DNA of 64,000 nucleotides from the human T2T-CHM13v2.0 reference genome, Homo sapiens: assembly GCF_009914755.1 (NCBI RefSeq), contig NC_060931.1; one strand, written 5' to 3'. Shown in pieces: positions 11,865 to 29,012 of this stretch. Under the pieces are notes generated by a model. The model did no database searches and had not been told where the DNA came from. It worked only from the letters and a program-made list of their open reading frames with translations. The first letter of the stretch is position 1; each line of letters starts with the position of its first letter. Both the position numbers and the translations under genes were made by a program.

Positions 11865-14800
11865 TTTCAGGAGTGGAGTAGTCTGGGCATTTAAAGAACA
11901 GGTAACTAAGTAGATAAGGAGAGAGACAAACAGGCAGTGTGGGTGTGCAGGGAACAACAGGCTTTGGGTTCTGCTGAGGTGTAACAGATTCACAGAACTT
12001 TTTTGAGCTGTGACAATGCAACTTACACACCCTGGGAGGCTTTTTCAGGCTTCCCTTGGTTTCTAGTGGGATCCACACAAGTAGGGCTTGAGGCATTTTG
12101 TTATAAGACACCTTGCCTCCTGCACCAGGCTGTGTTTGTGTTTCCTTCATCTGTCTTTTGAGCATCTAGAGAGGGAAGGGAAGGAAGAGGCTGCTAACAA
12201 GAGCGTTCTTTCTGACCTTCAGTCTTCCACTGCATGAAGACAGGCATTGGTTGCTTTAACAGAACTGTTCCAAGGTAAATACATTTCACCACTGCTTTTG
12301 TTGACTTGCTTGACTGTAGGCTGATGGATAGAGGAGGCTTAGAGTCTAAACAGCTGGTCCTGCTAGTGTCGCCAGCTCGGGTGACACCTATGAGTAAAAC
12401 GCCAGGAAACACAGCTTGCCCGGAGTTCTGTTGGAACAATTCTGTCATGTTCTAGCCACTTTGTGTCATAACCTAGCTTAGGCCTTAAAAACTTACATAA
12501 GCTACTTCTCTGCTTCTTCCAACGGGAACTTGGCTAACTAAGTTATTCCCCTGAGAAGTTTCTTCAGCTGTGAAATTTGGGGCTTAAGGAAATGTTTGTA
12601 GTGATGAAAAAGATTCACCTTGGCTCCAAGAGCGTAAATACCATTTATTATATTGTCATTTTCACCACGTTCCTATATGTAAGTTAAAGAATCAGATCCT
12701 GAACAGCTCCTTCTGGCTCCAGTGGTTAGGGGGGCACTGGGGAGGAGAAGGAGGCAGCAGACTGGCTGGGTTCCCTCCATGCCAGCAGGCTGCCTTGTGA
12801 CAACGTGAGCCTGCAATGCGTTCCGGTCTGACCCCTTGTGGGCACTTCCGTGAAGAAGGTGGTTCAAAGGGCCCTCTCTACTCGGTATGAATTCCCATTT
12901 TGCTCTTGAAGACAGTCAGGCCAGGGGGATTCTGTCTTCCTAAACTTATTTGCTCACTTCACTATTTCTGAGAACAAACAGGCAGTCAGAAGAAAATGAA
13001 AGCTGGAAGGAGAAGAGAAGATTCAGGTTTATCCACAGCATCTACCATTCCAGACACACCCCAGGAACCTTAGAGGGAACACAGGACAACTGGCTTGATC
13101 GCACTGAAAAGCATTCTCCATTCTGTTTTATGGGGTGATGCTTGAGGAATATCTGCTTTCATAGTCAAAGCAATGCAGCCTAAGCAATGTCATTTCCATG
13201 ATGATCCACACACTGTCCTGATCCTGTGATTTTCTGAGATGTATTTGAAAGAATTTTTCTGATGATCTGTGAACATGCAAAGACACCCGACTCCACCAGG
13301 CCCTGGCAGGAGAATTTAGACCCCAAACCAGGGTTGACTTGCCTGTTGAGAGCACAGTAACTCAGAGCAGGATTGCCTCACCCTTTCTTTGCTTTGTCAT
13401 GGAGGTTCAGGCCATAGAATGGTTGGGTTGCTTTGGTTAAAGAAAATAAAGATGGCAGCTAGAAAAGCCTCCCGGTGGAACCAGAACGTCCAGCTGAGCT
13501 GGGAGGTGTTTGCTGTGCCTGGACTGCTCCGGAGGGTCAGAGTGGATTCATCAGTTTCTCCCTCTTCTTTGGGAAAGGTCAGCAAAGAAGAGAAGGCATT
13601 TTCCATACAAATGAAATTATTTCCAAATCTGTTATTTATTTCCTTTGGTTTTAAGTAGGGGGAAAAACTGTAAAAATGTCAAAGAACAATATGGTGCACA
13701 TTTTAATTTTTTATCATAAAAATCTTGGTAAAATAATTGTTTTCAAAAATTTTGGAAATCTTGTTTTATTGGATTCAAATTCTATCTAATTTCACTTAAT
13801 AATTGTAAATTATTTTTACAAGCTACTTTTTTTATAAGTAGGTTTCCAGTGCATATATTCTGAATGCGATTTTGCAAAGCAAAATTTGTTTTTCTTGAAA
13901 TCGGTTCCATGACTTATTGTTCATATCATTAGGCCAATTTGACTGTTTTGTGAGAGCGAGTGTATTGAAATGTTTGCCTAAATAATGTGTATGAATATTA
14001 TCAACCCCACATCACTTAACATGTGTTATCTTTATAGCAGTAATGCTTGCAACTTCATTTGTTTCTTGCATCGTTCATTTGTTAGGCTCCGAGCCTAAGT
14101 ACACAACTCTTTTTACTATGAAATAAGAGGCCCAGTAGGAGACAGGGAGAGACTGTGAGGCAAACAGCAAAGATGCATCAGATACAACCACAGAGATATT
14201 TTTGCATCACAGTCTGAGAGGAGCTGCTTCACACAAGAGTCATGCAGTTGTGGCTTTATCTATGTCACCTCCGAACAACTGGAAGGAAATAAAATCCAGT
14301 TCCAAGACTCATCCTATGAACTGCCTGGTCTAACCCACATTGTTTTCAGGAATGTGCCTTTGTGACACATGGCAACAAGTTGCTCTTGTTAAAAGCAGCC
14401 ACTGAGCTTCATCAAAGCTGTGATCTGTCATCCAAATGTCTAGCCTGTTGTGATGGAGGCAGATTTCCAGATGGCCCAGCCTTCTAAGTGCATGGGCTGG
14501 CTGGATGTTGGGGATGGTGAGAGCTGGACTCTGACTGATGCCTGGACCTTGGGCAGTGAGCAGGTGCTCCAGGCAGGCCTCCACAGCCCATGGGTGTGGG
14601 TGTGCACGTGCCTGAAGAGGAGTCCCTGCTGAATGTCCAGTGATCCTGTAGGACCGGCCTCACTCTGCCTGCTCATGCTCCTTCTCTGGTAGATGGGGAA
14701 AAGGCTTCCCTCACCAACCATAGGGTCTTAGCATTTCCAGCTAGAGCCTGGCAGTTGGAATAGAGCATTCAGGGCCAAGGGCAATTCTGCCACTAGGAGA

Positions 14801-15075
14801 AACGGGGCCCGGTGTAGCTCCCTGAGCTTTCTCACCAGGAATAGGAAAAAATTGTCACGTCAGCTATCAGCTATTGATTGTGTCACCCTCCCCTCTGTAA
14901 CTGCCCTCTTCCTCCAACCTTCAGCTTCGTCTCTTTTGACTCTCTCCTCCTTGCCCCAAATGGAGTTGTCCCCTGTGTCTCTCTGCCATCTCCCATACCC
15001 CAGTTCCAAACTGGCCCATCTTCCTGGCAGCATTTTATGCTCTAGTTCTTTCCTGGCACTAAAAGAAACATAGCT

Positions 15076-15415
<340 letters not shown>

Positions 15416-15672
15416 TCAAGAGTCAATTTGCCAACAATATCAGTGAATATTTTCATATTTTTGTCTTGGGTCTTCTGGCATTAAACCAATGGTCTCATTT
15501 CAATGTGGGCATTTTAGGCACCATATTAGATCAGAAGGGGTAATATTTAGAGAAAAGGTGGGCCTTTTGATGCTCGCAGCAATGTAGGCACAGTGTAGAC
15601 ACTGCCTAGTAGACTGGCACCGAGGCCTGGCTCTCTTTGCCACAGACCATTTGAAAACTTTCTGGAAAACTC

Positions 15673-15953
15673 TTTTTTTTTTTTTGTTTTAAGACAGAGT
15701 CTTGCTCTGTTGCCCAGGCTGGAGTGCAGTGGCACGATCATAACCTCTGCCCCCTGGATTCAAGCGATTCTCCTGCCTCAGCCTGCCGAGTAGCTGGGCA
15801 CCCACCACAATGCCTGGCTAATTTTTGTATTTTTAGTAGAGACAGTGTTTCACTATGTTGGCCAGGCTGGTCTTGAACTCCAGACCTCAGGTGATCCACC
15901 TGCCTCTGCCTCCCAAAGTGCTGGGATTACAGACGTCAGCTGCCATGCCTGGC
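15673..15953 (-). mobile_element. AluS (Sx-like) with two small internal deletions
   Basis: Reverse Alu. TSD TGGAAA(A/C)CTCTTTT at ~15663 and ~15955. Confidence 0.9.
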
Positions 15954-17609
15954 ATGGAAACCTCTTTTAATTGTAGAACATTCTTTCCATTTTTAGGTAG
16001 AATGTCTAGAATTTTTGATATCAAAAATTCACTGATGAAAGAGATATTGTTCAACTTACTTTCTCTTTTTTTCTGACTCATATCCCCCCGCCTCCTGAAG
16101 AGAAGCCTCAACTCTTTCCCTACAGCAAAATCAGTGAATTTTGTAAAGCTTTTCATTAGAATGGTCCTGGATGAAATTCCAGGGATATGTGACATCAACT
16201 TTGTTGCGTATCTTAACATAGTTTAAGCAAACGGTTTTCCAGTCCAAAGATAATACAAAAAAAATTTGTCATTCCTGGGCAAGATGGCTTATCTCTCATG
16301 CTGACTCCAATGAATTTTCAGGTATTGTTTGTGTTCTGCGTCTGGGACTGTGAGTTCATCTCCAACTCTGTAGAAAGAGGGCTGTGAGCTACTGGCAAGG
16401 CCTGCACAAGAGATGACCTGTTCTATGTGCCCTCCTACATGTTGCTGGATGCACAGACAACCTGAGAGGATCTGATTGATTCTGTCCCCCCAAGATCATG
16501 CTGTTAGCATTCATAAAGACACTCTAAAAAAACGAAACAAAAGACACACATACAAAACCAAGCAGAAATTCACTATCCCTTTATGAGTCTTTTGGATAAA
16601 ATCTCATGTTCCATTTGACCTTTTGTTTGAGATACAGAAATTCCCGACTGTGAAAATGTAGTGAACCAGCTCAAGCTGCTTGTCAAATTGCAGACTGGAA
16701 ACCTCTGCTTACAACAAATTGGTCTAATTAAGCCTTATTAAAATTGGTGCCCCGGGGTGAATTTTTATCCCTTGCACAAAGGATGACATTGCAGATTTCC
16801 ACATACAATGCAGGCGACTCTGATGCTTTTACAGGTGAATTTTCCAAATGGGGATAGCAAATGTGCCAGGGACAGCATCCCTGAAGCACATGAGGATATA
16901 TAACTGCTCAGTAATTGCAGTTTTCATTTGAGTAAATTAAATAGCGATGAAAACAAAAGCCATGTCCTATTTCTGCAGTGTCTCAGAAATCTAGGCTCAG
17001 GCTGGTGGCAGAGGTTGGAGGCTGTCAGAGAGCTAAGAGGCCTCCTGGGGACATGGCACTTGGCCTCCTTGCCTCCCCCAATTGCCTCCCATTTCACTTT
17101 TCTTTTCTCCTCCCCTAAAACCTCAGGGGGGATCTTAACAAAGGGAAAAGACTCCCAACAGACCATGTTTCTCTGCAGGGGTGGCCATGCTGACTTTCGA
17201 CAAGCCTTCATTCTAATGTGGCTGCTCATCTGCTCTGAGGACATCACATCTACTGGAGCTAGAAACAAATGAAAATAGCGTGGAAAAGCTGCCATCACAA
17301 GACAGGTCATCACAAGACTGCTGTTTGCTCTTTCCACTGTTCATTGCATCCTCTTCAGGGTCAAGAAGAAGTCACCTGCCAAGGGAACAGTAGGAGATGG
17401 AGATGCATTGTATTGGTGGAGCTGTGAAGGTGGAGGTGCCTGGTACACCTTGACACAGTGACCTTGGAAGACAAGTAGCCTGGTCTCTTTTGCATATTGT
17501 GTTCTGAGTTCCAGATTCAAGTACTTCCAACTGCTTCCTTGTCATCTCCACTTGGTGATGGAATGAGCAGTCCAAACTTTCATATACTCAATGATAAACT
17601 CTTGACACT

Positions 17610-18065
17610 GTTTGGGTTTTAAGTTTATTTTTGGAAGGGGACCCAGGGAACAATAGTGAGGGACTAGGAAGAGTAAAATGGAAAGAGGAAAATCCATTCC
17701 AAGGAACTATGGTAGAGCTGGTTACTGCTGTGGATACCTGGGGGCTTAGTTCCAATGGGTGTTCTTTTAAAAGATACACACGTTGAGCCTCAGAATTATC
17801 CACCTGCTCTAAACCCTCATTGGTCAAAAACTGCCCCTGAGGTGTTAACTTCCTTGGTCTTCCAGGCTTACACAGGGACCTGAATGGCTGAGTGAGCTTC
17901 TGGAAGAGTCCCATGGAAAGGCTAAGAAACTCTGGGGCAAAAGGCAAGAAATGCAAGGTGCAGCTGAGGCCACGGTGCTGCCAGGCTTCACCCACTGCAG
18001 CTTGTTGCCACAGCAACTGCTGGAACAAAAAGGTGGGTGGTGAGGATGTGAGAGGGTGCAATACC
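17610..18065 (-). mobile_element. ERVL solo LTR, LTR16-like
   Basis: AGTTTATTTTTGGAAGGGGACCCAGGGAAC...GTTACTGCTGTGG...CCTCAGAATTATCCACC...GTTAACTTCCTTGG resembles reverse LTR16. Confidence 0.6.
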
Positions 18066-18199
18066 TGGGAGTCATCCTTGACTCTGCACTTTCTCTTTAC
18101 CACTCATCAGTAACTTCTATTGACTCTGCTGATAGGTCTCCCACTTCATCCTTGTTTCCCTTCTCTTTCCCCCACTACACATCCATGCATATGCACATG

Positions 18200-19155
18200 C
18201 AGCAGCTAGACTAAACCTTTAAAAACTCATGTTTTTTCTCCTCTCAAACCCCAATGGCCACTCATCTCACTCAGAATAAAATCTAAAATCCTGTCCAGGA
18301 TCTAGAAAACTTGCATGTTTTGGACCTTTGCTCCCTTTTTGCTATGGTTTCAATGTCTTTGCCTCCTCCAAGATTCATGTTGAAACTTAATCCCCAAGAC
18401 AACAGTATTAAGTGATGTGGCCTTTAGGAAGTGATTCGGCCATAAGGGCTCCAACCTCATGAATGTATTTGTGCCCCATGAAAGGGCATTGAGGGGGTGA
18501 GTTTGCCCCTTCTGTCTCTTTTCGCATGTGAGGACATAGCATTCATGCTTCCAGAGGATGCAGTGTTCAAGGTACCATCCTGGAGGCAGAGACTGGGTCC
18601 TCAGCAAACATCGAACTGCTGATGCCTTGATCTTGGACTTTCCAGCCTCCAGAGCTGTGAGAAGTAAATATTTGTTATTTATAAATTACCCAGGCTCAGC
18701 TCTGTTATAGTAACACAAGCAGAGTTTCTGATCTCATCTTATGCTTCTTTTCCTCTCTCTCTCTCTTCTCCAGCAACTCTGGCCTCTTTGCTGTCTTCAG
18801 ATTGCCAGGCATATTTCAAGATCTTTGCATTTGCTATTCCCTCTTCCCAGAATGTGATTCCTTCAGATAGTCATATGGTTCAGCCCCTCATCTCATTCAA
18901 GTCTCTGCCAGATCTCACCTCATCTAGAAGTTCTTTTCCGATCATCGTATCTAAAATAGTACATTTTCATCCATCCATCCATTTCCTTTCCCTTATTTCT
19001 CTTCCTATCTAAAATATTATAGATGTATTCGTTTGCTTTTGTCCTCTTTTCTCTCATCTGAATGTTAGTTTGCGACAGCGGGGGTTTTGTTTACTGACAT
19101 ATCTCCAGCGCCTAGAATAGTGCTTAGCATACAGGGCAAGACTCTACTCAACAAG
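18200..19155 (+). mobile_element. L2 fragment interrupted by an MST LTR
   Basis: CTCACTCAGAATAAAATCTAAA...CTTTGCATTTGCTATTCCCTCT...ATCTCCAGCGCCTAGAATAGTGCTTAGCATA (L2 3' end). Confidence 0.65.
18340..18725 (+). mobile_element. ERVL-MaLR solo LTR (MST family)
   Basis: TGCTATGGTTT...CATGTTGAAACTTAATCCCC...GCCTTGATCTTGGACTTTCCAGCCTCCAGA...ATAAATTACCCAG. Confidence 0.85.
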
Positions 19156-19775
19156 AATCTGCCAGAGGGCAGGGTCACACATCAATCTAATCAGATACTC
19201 TTTTGTGAATACACAGAGAAGATGTCAGTGGAAGAGCAGATGGTCCCAGAGCTTGGCGTGTATCCTGAAGGATTCTGTGCTCTTGATCTTGTCCTCCATT
19301 CTTCACATTTTGCAGTGCAGGGGCCAAGATGTCAGCATGGCTAAGAAGATGGCAGTCATGGCCACCTCAAGTCCAGGTATCCCCAGCTAAAGCCCAAACA
19401 CCACCTAGGGGGACCTGAGAATATGTGCCTCTTTCTCTTTACTCCAAGACTGACTAATAGAGCCATGGTGTCTATGAAAGCATTTTGGAGAGCTCCAGTG
19501 ACTAGGCTTCTCTTGGCACAAATATGCAATTTCTCCTGGGGAGACAGCACATGTGCTTTTCTGTAACTGGAGTACATTTCAATCTAATAGAGAACAGGAA
19601 TATAATCCAGTACTAATTTTAGATGCCGGATTCTTGTACAGAGCCACACTTTCAGGAAGGGAAAGAGGAAAGGCAAGTAGGTGTATTGGCATTGGGTTGG
19701 GGAAGCAATTACAGAGGAATTTTAGGACCTGCTTAAAAACACTAACACTTTCTGAACCAAGGTAGTGGTCTGCCC

Positions 19776-20002
19776 TAGGGATGGGAAAATATGGTCTATG
19801 GGCCAAATCTGGCTGACTGCCTTTTTTTTTTTAAAGAAAAAATAATAATATTTTATAGGAACACAGCCATGCTCATTTCTTACAAATTGTCTAGGACTGC
19901 TTTTGTACTGCAAGGACAGAGGTCAGTAGTTGTTATGGACATAGTATGGCCTTACATGTTTACTATCTGGACCTTTACAGAAAGAGAGTTTACTGACCCC
20001 TG
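19776..20002. mobile_element. MER58A-like hAT DNA transposon
   Basis: GGGCCAAATCTGGC...GGAACACAGCCATGCTCATT...TTTACTATCTGGACCTTTACAGAAA...TGACCCCTG. Confidence 0.8.
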
Positions 20003-20489
20003 GTGGAAAAAGCCATGTACTGGGAAACTGATTGATCTGGATTTTGATTCTGCTATGTAATCTGGTATGAGCACCTGGTCTACTCTCAGCCTCAGCTTTT
20101 TAACCTTTAATATGGTGCATAATTTGGGTTAATTTACATAAATCCATGCTCATTTAAAAGTTTCTAGCTTAAAGAAAAGACTCAATACAAACTGGCTAAA
20201 CAACAATAACAGACAAAATAAATGGACATGCCTTGGGAATTTACTGTGTACTCTGTCAATTGCACAGAGTTATTGTGACAATAAAATGAAATCACAACTG
20301 GGAAAATCCTGAAACCCTGAAATTCTCTCCCAGTGACCACTGAAGCGAAAGCCCAAACTAGACCTCTGCCGTATGCACGCAGCTGTACTTGGGCATCAGG
20401 GGAGAGGCAATGGTTCCACAGGTGGCCCTTCCCTGACTTGGGAAATTCAAGTAGAGTTTAGAACTGCCCTTACCATACCTTCCATACTT

Positions 20490-20812
20490 GAAAGGAAGGC
20501 TAGGGAGAGATTTGTTAAAGAATACAAAGTTACAGTTAGACAGAAGCCCTGGTGTTCCATACCACTATAGGATGACTCTAGCTAATATTAACATATTATG
20601 TAGTTTCAAATAGCTAGAAGGAGGATATTGACTATTCCCAACACAAACAAATGACAAATGTTTGAGATGATAGTTAATTACCATAATATCATTACTATAC
20701 ATTACATGTATCAAAACACCATTATGCACCCCATGAATGTGTACAATCATTATGTGTCAATTTTTAAAAATCATAAAAAAGATAATAAAATCAGAAAAAA
20801 AAGTTAAAAAAA
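20490..20812 (+). mobile_element. L1MA-type 3'UTR fragment
   Basis: ATACAAAGTTACAGTTAGA...GCTAGAAGGAGGATATTGA...CCCAACACAAACAAATGACAAATGTTTGAG...A-rich tail. Confidence 0.75.
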
Positions 20813-21099
20813 GAGGGAGTTTTTAGATTATTCCAAATCATAGAGGTAACATGGAGGAAAATAAAAATAAGTGGGTTAGGGGCTGTGGGGGGCATCTGAA
20901 GCCCATTTGTCTTCCTGGTGCAAGTGTCCTCAGGGACTGGCCTCTTAAGATGTGTTTGCTGTTATTGTTCAGCTACGCCCGTCCTTTTTCTATATCTAAG
21001 ACTTCAAGGATTCCTCATTTTATTTTGTTTTTTTGTTCTGCTTTTCCTGCTGAAAGCATCCCTGCCTACTCTTGGTGGTATCAGCGAGGTTCCTGCAGC

Positions 21100-21275
21100 C
21101 AGGGCCAAGAACATGGGATTCAGAGAAAACTGCCTTTATACTCCAGGATGTCTGTTAACATTGAGTGTGACCTTGAACAAGTTGCTTAATCTTTTTGAAC
21201 CCCTGTTTCATTGACTATAAAATGAAGACAATTCATCCTCATTAAATCGTTGTGAGAATTTTAATGAGATTGGAT
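21100..21275 (+). mobile_element. MIR fragment
   Basis: GTGTGACCTTGAACAAGTTGCTTAATCT...CTGTTTC...TATAAAATG...TTGTGAGAATT. Confidence 0.7.
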
Positions 21276-21427
21276 ATTTTCCCCCACCACTCCCTTCTCC
21301 GCCCTTTATAAAAATAGATGGACCACTTACAAATTAGATGTTTTAAAGTCTGAGGCAGCCTCTCTTGTCATTTCCAAGAGATGAAACTTGGCAGGCTAAG
21401 TGCCTGATTTTTAAAACTACTTTGCTA

Positions 21428-21491
21428 ATATATATATATATATATTATATATATATATATATATAATATATATAAAATATATATATATATA

Positions 21492-21543
<52 letters not shown>
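21428..21543. repeat. Interrupted (TA)n followed by (CA)~25
   Basis: Seen directly. Confidence 0.95.
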
Positions 21544-21545
<2 letters not shown>

Positions 21546-22029
21546 TGGGGGAGTTTGTCACTCACTTCTTTTAAAACAAGCTCCCACAGGTCTAAGAATG
21601 TTTAAAACAGAAATGTATTTAAATGCAGACACAGATCACAGAAGGACAAATCCTCGTGGACAGTCAGGTGAAAGACTATTTAATCAAAGAGCATATAGTC
21701 TGGAATCCCTAGATGTCCTGGGTTTTCTCTCCCTTCCACTTTTGGGACAAAGACCTGTGCCAGGAGAATCACAGGGAAACCAAAATTCCCTACCTGAGTA
21801 AATTTAAAATTCCAGATACAGAAATGCATCATTTTTTGTTTGCCAAATATCATTTTTACCTCAAAGACTGTGGCCATAGGGCTATGATCTGAAACCTCTG
21901 ATAGGGCATGGTCGTTCTTTGGGTCATAATATGTACATCACCCATTTGGGGGTCCCTTGTCCCTTACTAGCAAGCAAATTGAGGGTTAGAGAGGTGGAGT
22001 GCACTGCTCAAATATATGCAGCTATAATA

Positions 22030-22346
22030 ATCCCATAATCCCCATGTGTCGTGGGAGGGACCCAGTGGGAGGTAAGTGAATCATGGGGGCGGGTTTCTCC
22101 CACGCTGTTCTTGTGATAGTGAATAAGTCTCAGCAGAGCTGATGGTTTTATAAAGGCGAGTTCCCCTGCACACGCTCTCTTCCCTGCCGCCATGTAAAAC
22201 GTGACTTTGCTCCTCCTTTGCCTTCCACCAAGATTGTGAGGCCTCTCCAGCCATGTGGAACTGTGAGTCCATTAAATCTTTTTTTCGGTATAAATTACCC
22301 AGTCTCGGGTATGTCTTTAGTAGCAGCATGAGAACTGACTAATACA
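22030..22346 (+). mobile_element. THE1 (B/C-like) LTR, 5'-truncated
   Basis: TCCCATAATCCCCATGTGTCGTGGGAGGGACCC...GGAACTGTGAGTCCATTAAA...GACTAATACA. The first ~45 nt of the LTR are absent. Confidence 0.88.
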
Positions 22347-22379
22347 ACAGAGTAAAACAACTTCTTTATAGTCACATAA

Positions 22380-23444
22380 ACTCCCTTCCCCTACATCCTT
22401 AACCCCTGGAAACCACTGATGCACTTTCCATTTCTTTAGTTTTATCATTTAAGAATATTATATAAATGACACAGACTATTCATATTAACATTTTAACAGT
22501 TCAAGCAAAGTATAGAAACCTGGCCCTCATTTAAGTCCCTTTGCTTTCCCCCATTTATAATTATCTTAAATATTTTTTCGGCACACTTGGAGAAACACAT
22601 TAGACGATATTATAATTTTCCTTTCAACTATCAAGCACAATTTCCTTCTCCAAGTGAAGGAAATTCTATGATACTTAGTTACATTTAGTCTTTCCATTGG
22701 TTTTTCTTCCTTCCTGATGTTCTAAGATTCCTTTTTTTCTGCCATTCTAAGACAAATTTTCTTAGTGTTGTTTTCATCTGAAAATGTCTTGATTTCTTCT
22801 TAATTCCTGAAGGATTTTTTCCACCTGGAAATAGAATTTAGGGTTGATAGATTTTTGTGTGCATTTTTGTTTGTTTGCTTGCTTTTTCATCATTTGAAAA
22901 ATGTGCCACTCCCTCCAGGTCTCCATGGTTTCTGATGTGAAATATGTTGTCATCCAAATTGCTTTCCCATGTAGGGATTATGTCACTTCTTACTTTCTGC
23001 TCTGCAGAATGTTCCTTGGTCTTTTATTTTCAGAAGCTTGGCTAGAATATGTCTTTGTGTAGATTTACTTGGACTATGCCGCTTGAGATTCGCACAACTT
23101 CTTAAATCTGGGTCTATATAATTTGCCTTGGGAAATTTTAGTCATTATTTTTCTGCACCTTTTTTGGCCCCACTCTTTCTCCTCTCCTTCCAGGACAATG
23201 ATGCTGTGAAAGTTAAATATTTTGTTATAATGTCACAGGTCCCTGAAGCCATGTTCATGGTTTCCTCAGTCTATTTTTTTCTGTTTTTCAGATTGGGTCA
23301 TTTTCATTGTTCTATCTTAAAGGTTATTGATTTTTTTCTTATGTTCTGTTCATCTGCTATTGATTCCACCTTTTGGTTCTTGTTAAATTTTGTTATTGTA
23401 TTTTGCAGTTATAAAATTTCCATTTAAGTTTTCTTTATATCTTC
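22380..23444 (-). mobile_element. Old L1M fragment, host of the first L1PA2 insertion (continues ~29466-29750 and ~30160-30900)
   Basis: T-rich, degenerate reverse L1M-like sequence that resumes after the L1PA2 TSD. Confidence 0.6.
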
Positions 23445-23659
23445 TTTTTTTTTAATTATACTTTAAGTTTTAGGGTACATGTGCACATTGTGCAGGTTAG
23501 TTACATATGTACACATGTGCCATGCTGGTGCGCTGCACCCACTAACTTGTCATCTAGCATTAGGTATATCTCCCAGTGCTATCCCTCCCCCCGCCCCCCA
23601 CCCCACAACAGTCCCCAGAGCGTGATATTCCCCTTCCTGTGTCCATGTGATCTCATTGT

Positions 23660-27478
<3,819 letters not shown>

Positions 27479-27541
27479 TATGATGTTAGCTGGTGATTTT
27501 GCTCGTTAGTTGATGCAGTTTCTTCCTAGTCTCGATGGTCT

Positions 27542-28558
27542 TTACATTTTGGCATGATTTTGCAGCGGCTGGTACCGGTTGTTCCTTTCCATGTTTAGCG
27601 CTTCCTTCAGGAGTTCTTTTAGGGCAGGCCTGGTGGTGACAAAATCTCTCAGCATTTGCTTGTCTGTAAAGTATTTTATTTCTCCTTCTCTTATGAAGCT
27701 TAGTTTGGCTGGATATGAAATTCTGGGTTGAAAATTCTTTTCTTTAAGAATGTTGAATATTGGCCCCCACTCTCTTCTGGCTTGTAGGGTTTCTGCCGAG
27801 AGATCCGCTGTTAGTCTGATGGGCTTCCCTTTGAGGGTAACCCAACCTTTCTCTCTGGCTGCCCTTAACATTTTTTCCTTCATTTTAACTTTGGTGAATC
27901 TGACAATTATGTGTCTTGGAGTTGCTCTTCTCGAGGAGTATCTTTGTGGCGTTCTCTGTATTTCCTGAATCTGAATGTTGGCCTGCCTTGCTAGATTGGG
28001 GAAGTTCTCCTGGATAATATCCTGCAGAGTGTTTTCCAAGTTGGTTCCATTCTCCCCATCACTTTCAGGTACACCAATCAGACGTAGATTTGGTCTTTTC
28101 ACATAGTCCCATATTTCTTGGAGGCTTTGCTGATTTCTTTTTATTCTTTTTTCTCTAAACTTTCCTTCTCGCTTGATTTCATTCATTTCATCTTCCATTG
28201 CTGATACCCTTTCTTCCAGTTGATCACATCGGCTCCTGAGGCTTCTGCATTCTTCACGTAGTTCTTGAGCCTTGGTTTTCAGCTCCATCAGCTCCTTTAA
28301 GCACTTCTCTGTATTGGTTATTCTAGTTATACATTCTTCTAAATTTTTTTCAAAGTTTTCAACCTCTTTGCCTTTGGTTTGAATGTCCTCCCGTAGCTCA
28401 GAGTAATTTGATCGTTTGAAGCCTTCTTCTCTCAGCTCGTCAAAGTCATTCTCCATCCAGCTTTGTTCCGTTGCTGGTGAGGAACTGCGTTCCTTTGGAG
28501 GAGGAGAGGTGCTCTGCGTTTTAGAGTTTCCAGTTTTTCTGTTCTGTTTTTTCCCCAT
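27542..28558 (-). CDS. LINE-1 ORF1p, intact 338-aa frame (copy 1)
   Basis: Full-length MGKKQNRK...NHAKM. NLRLIG, REKG, ARR and YPAKLS motifs retained. Confidence 0.9.
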   Translation of the reverse strand: MGKKQNRKTGNSKTQSTSPPPKERSSSPATEQSWMENDFDELREEGFKRSNYSELREDIQTKGKEVENFEKNLEECITRITNTEKCLKELMELKTKAQELREECRSLRSRCDQLEERVSAMEDEMNEIKREGKFREKRIKRNQQSLQEIWDYVKRPNLRLIGVPESDGENGTNLENTLQDIIQENFPNLARQANIQIQEIQRTPQRYSSRRATPRHIIVRFTKVKMKEKMLRAAREKGWVTLKGKPIRLTADLSAETLQARREWGPIFNILKEKNFQPRISYPAKLSFIREGEIKYFTDKQMLRDFVTTRPALKELLKEALNMERNNRYQPLQNHAKM

Positions 28559-29012
28559 CTTTGTGGTTTTATCTACTTTTGGTCTTTGATGATGGTGATG
28601 TACAGATGGGTTTTCGGTGTGGATGTCCTTTCTGTTTGTTAGTTTTCCTTCTAACAGACAGGACCCTCAGCTGCAGGTCTGTTGCAATACCCTGCCGTGT
28701 GAGGTGTCAGTGTGCTCCTGCTGGGGGTGCCTCCCAGTTAGGCTGCTCGGGGGTCAGGGGTCAGAGGCCCACTTGAGGAGGAAGTCTGCCCGTTCTCAGA
28801 TCTCCAGCTGCATGCTGGGAGAACCACTGCTCTCTTCCAAGCTGTCAGACAGGGACATTTAAGTCTGCAGAGGTTACTGCTGTCTTTTTGTTTGTCTGTG
28901 CCCTGCCCCCAGAGGTGGAGCCTACAGAGGCAGGCAGGCCTCCTTGAGCTGTGGCGGGCTCCACCCAGTTCGAGCTTCCCGGCTGCTTTGTTTACCTAAG
29001 CAAGCCTGGGCA

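Noticed and set aside
11748-12165. His/Thr-repeat ORFs
   Set aside because: Translation of the (TG)n microsatellite.
17588-18103. 171-aa ORF
   Set aside because: It lies within an LTR16-like remnant and shows no recognisable protein features.
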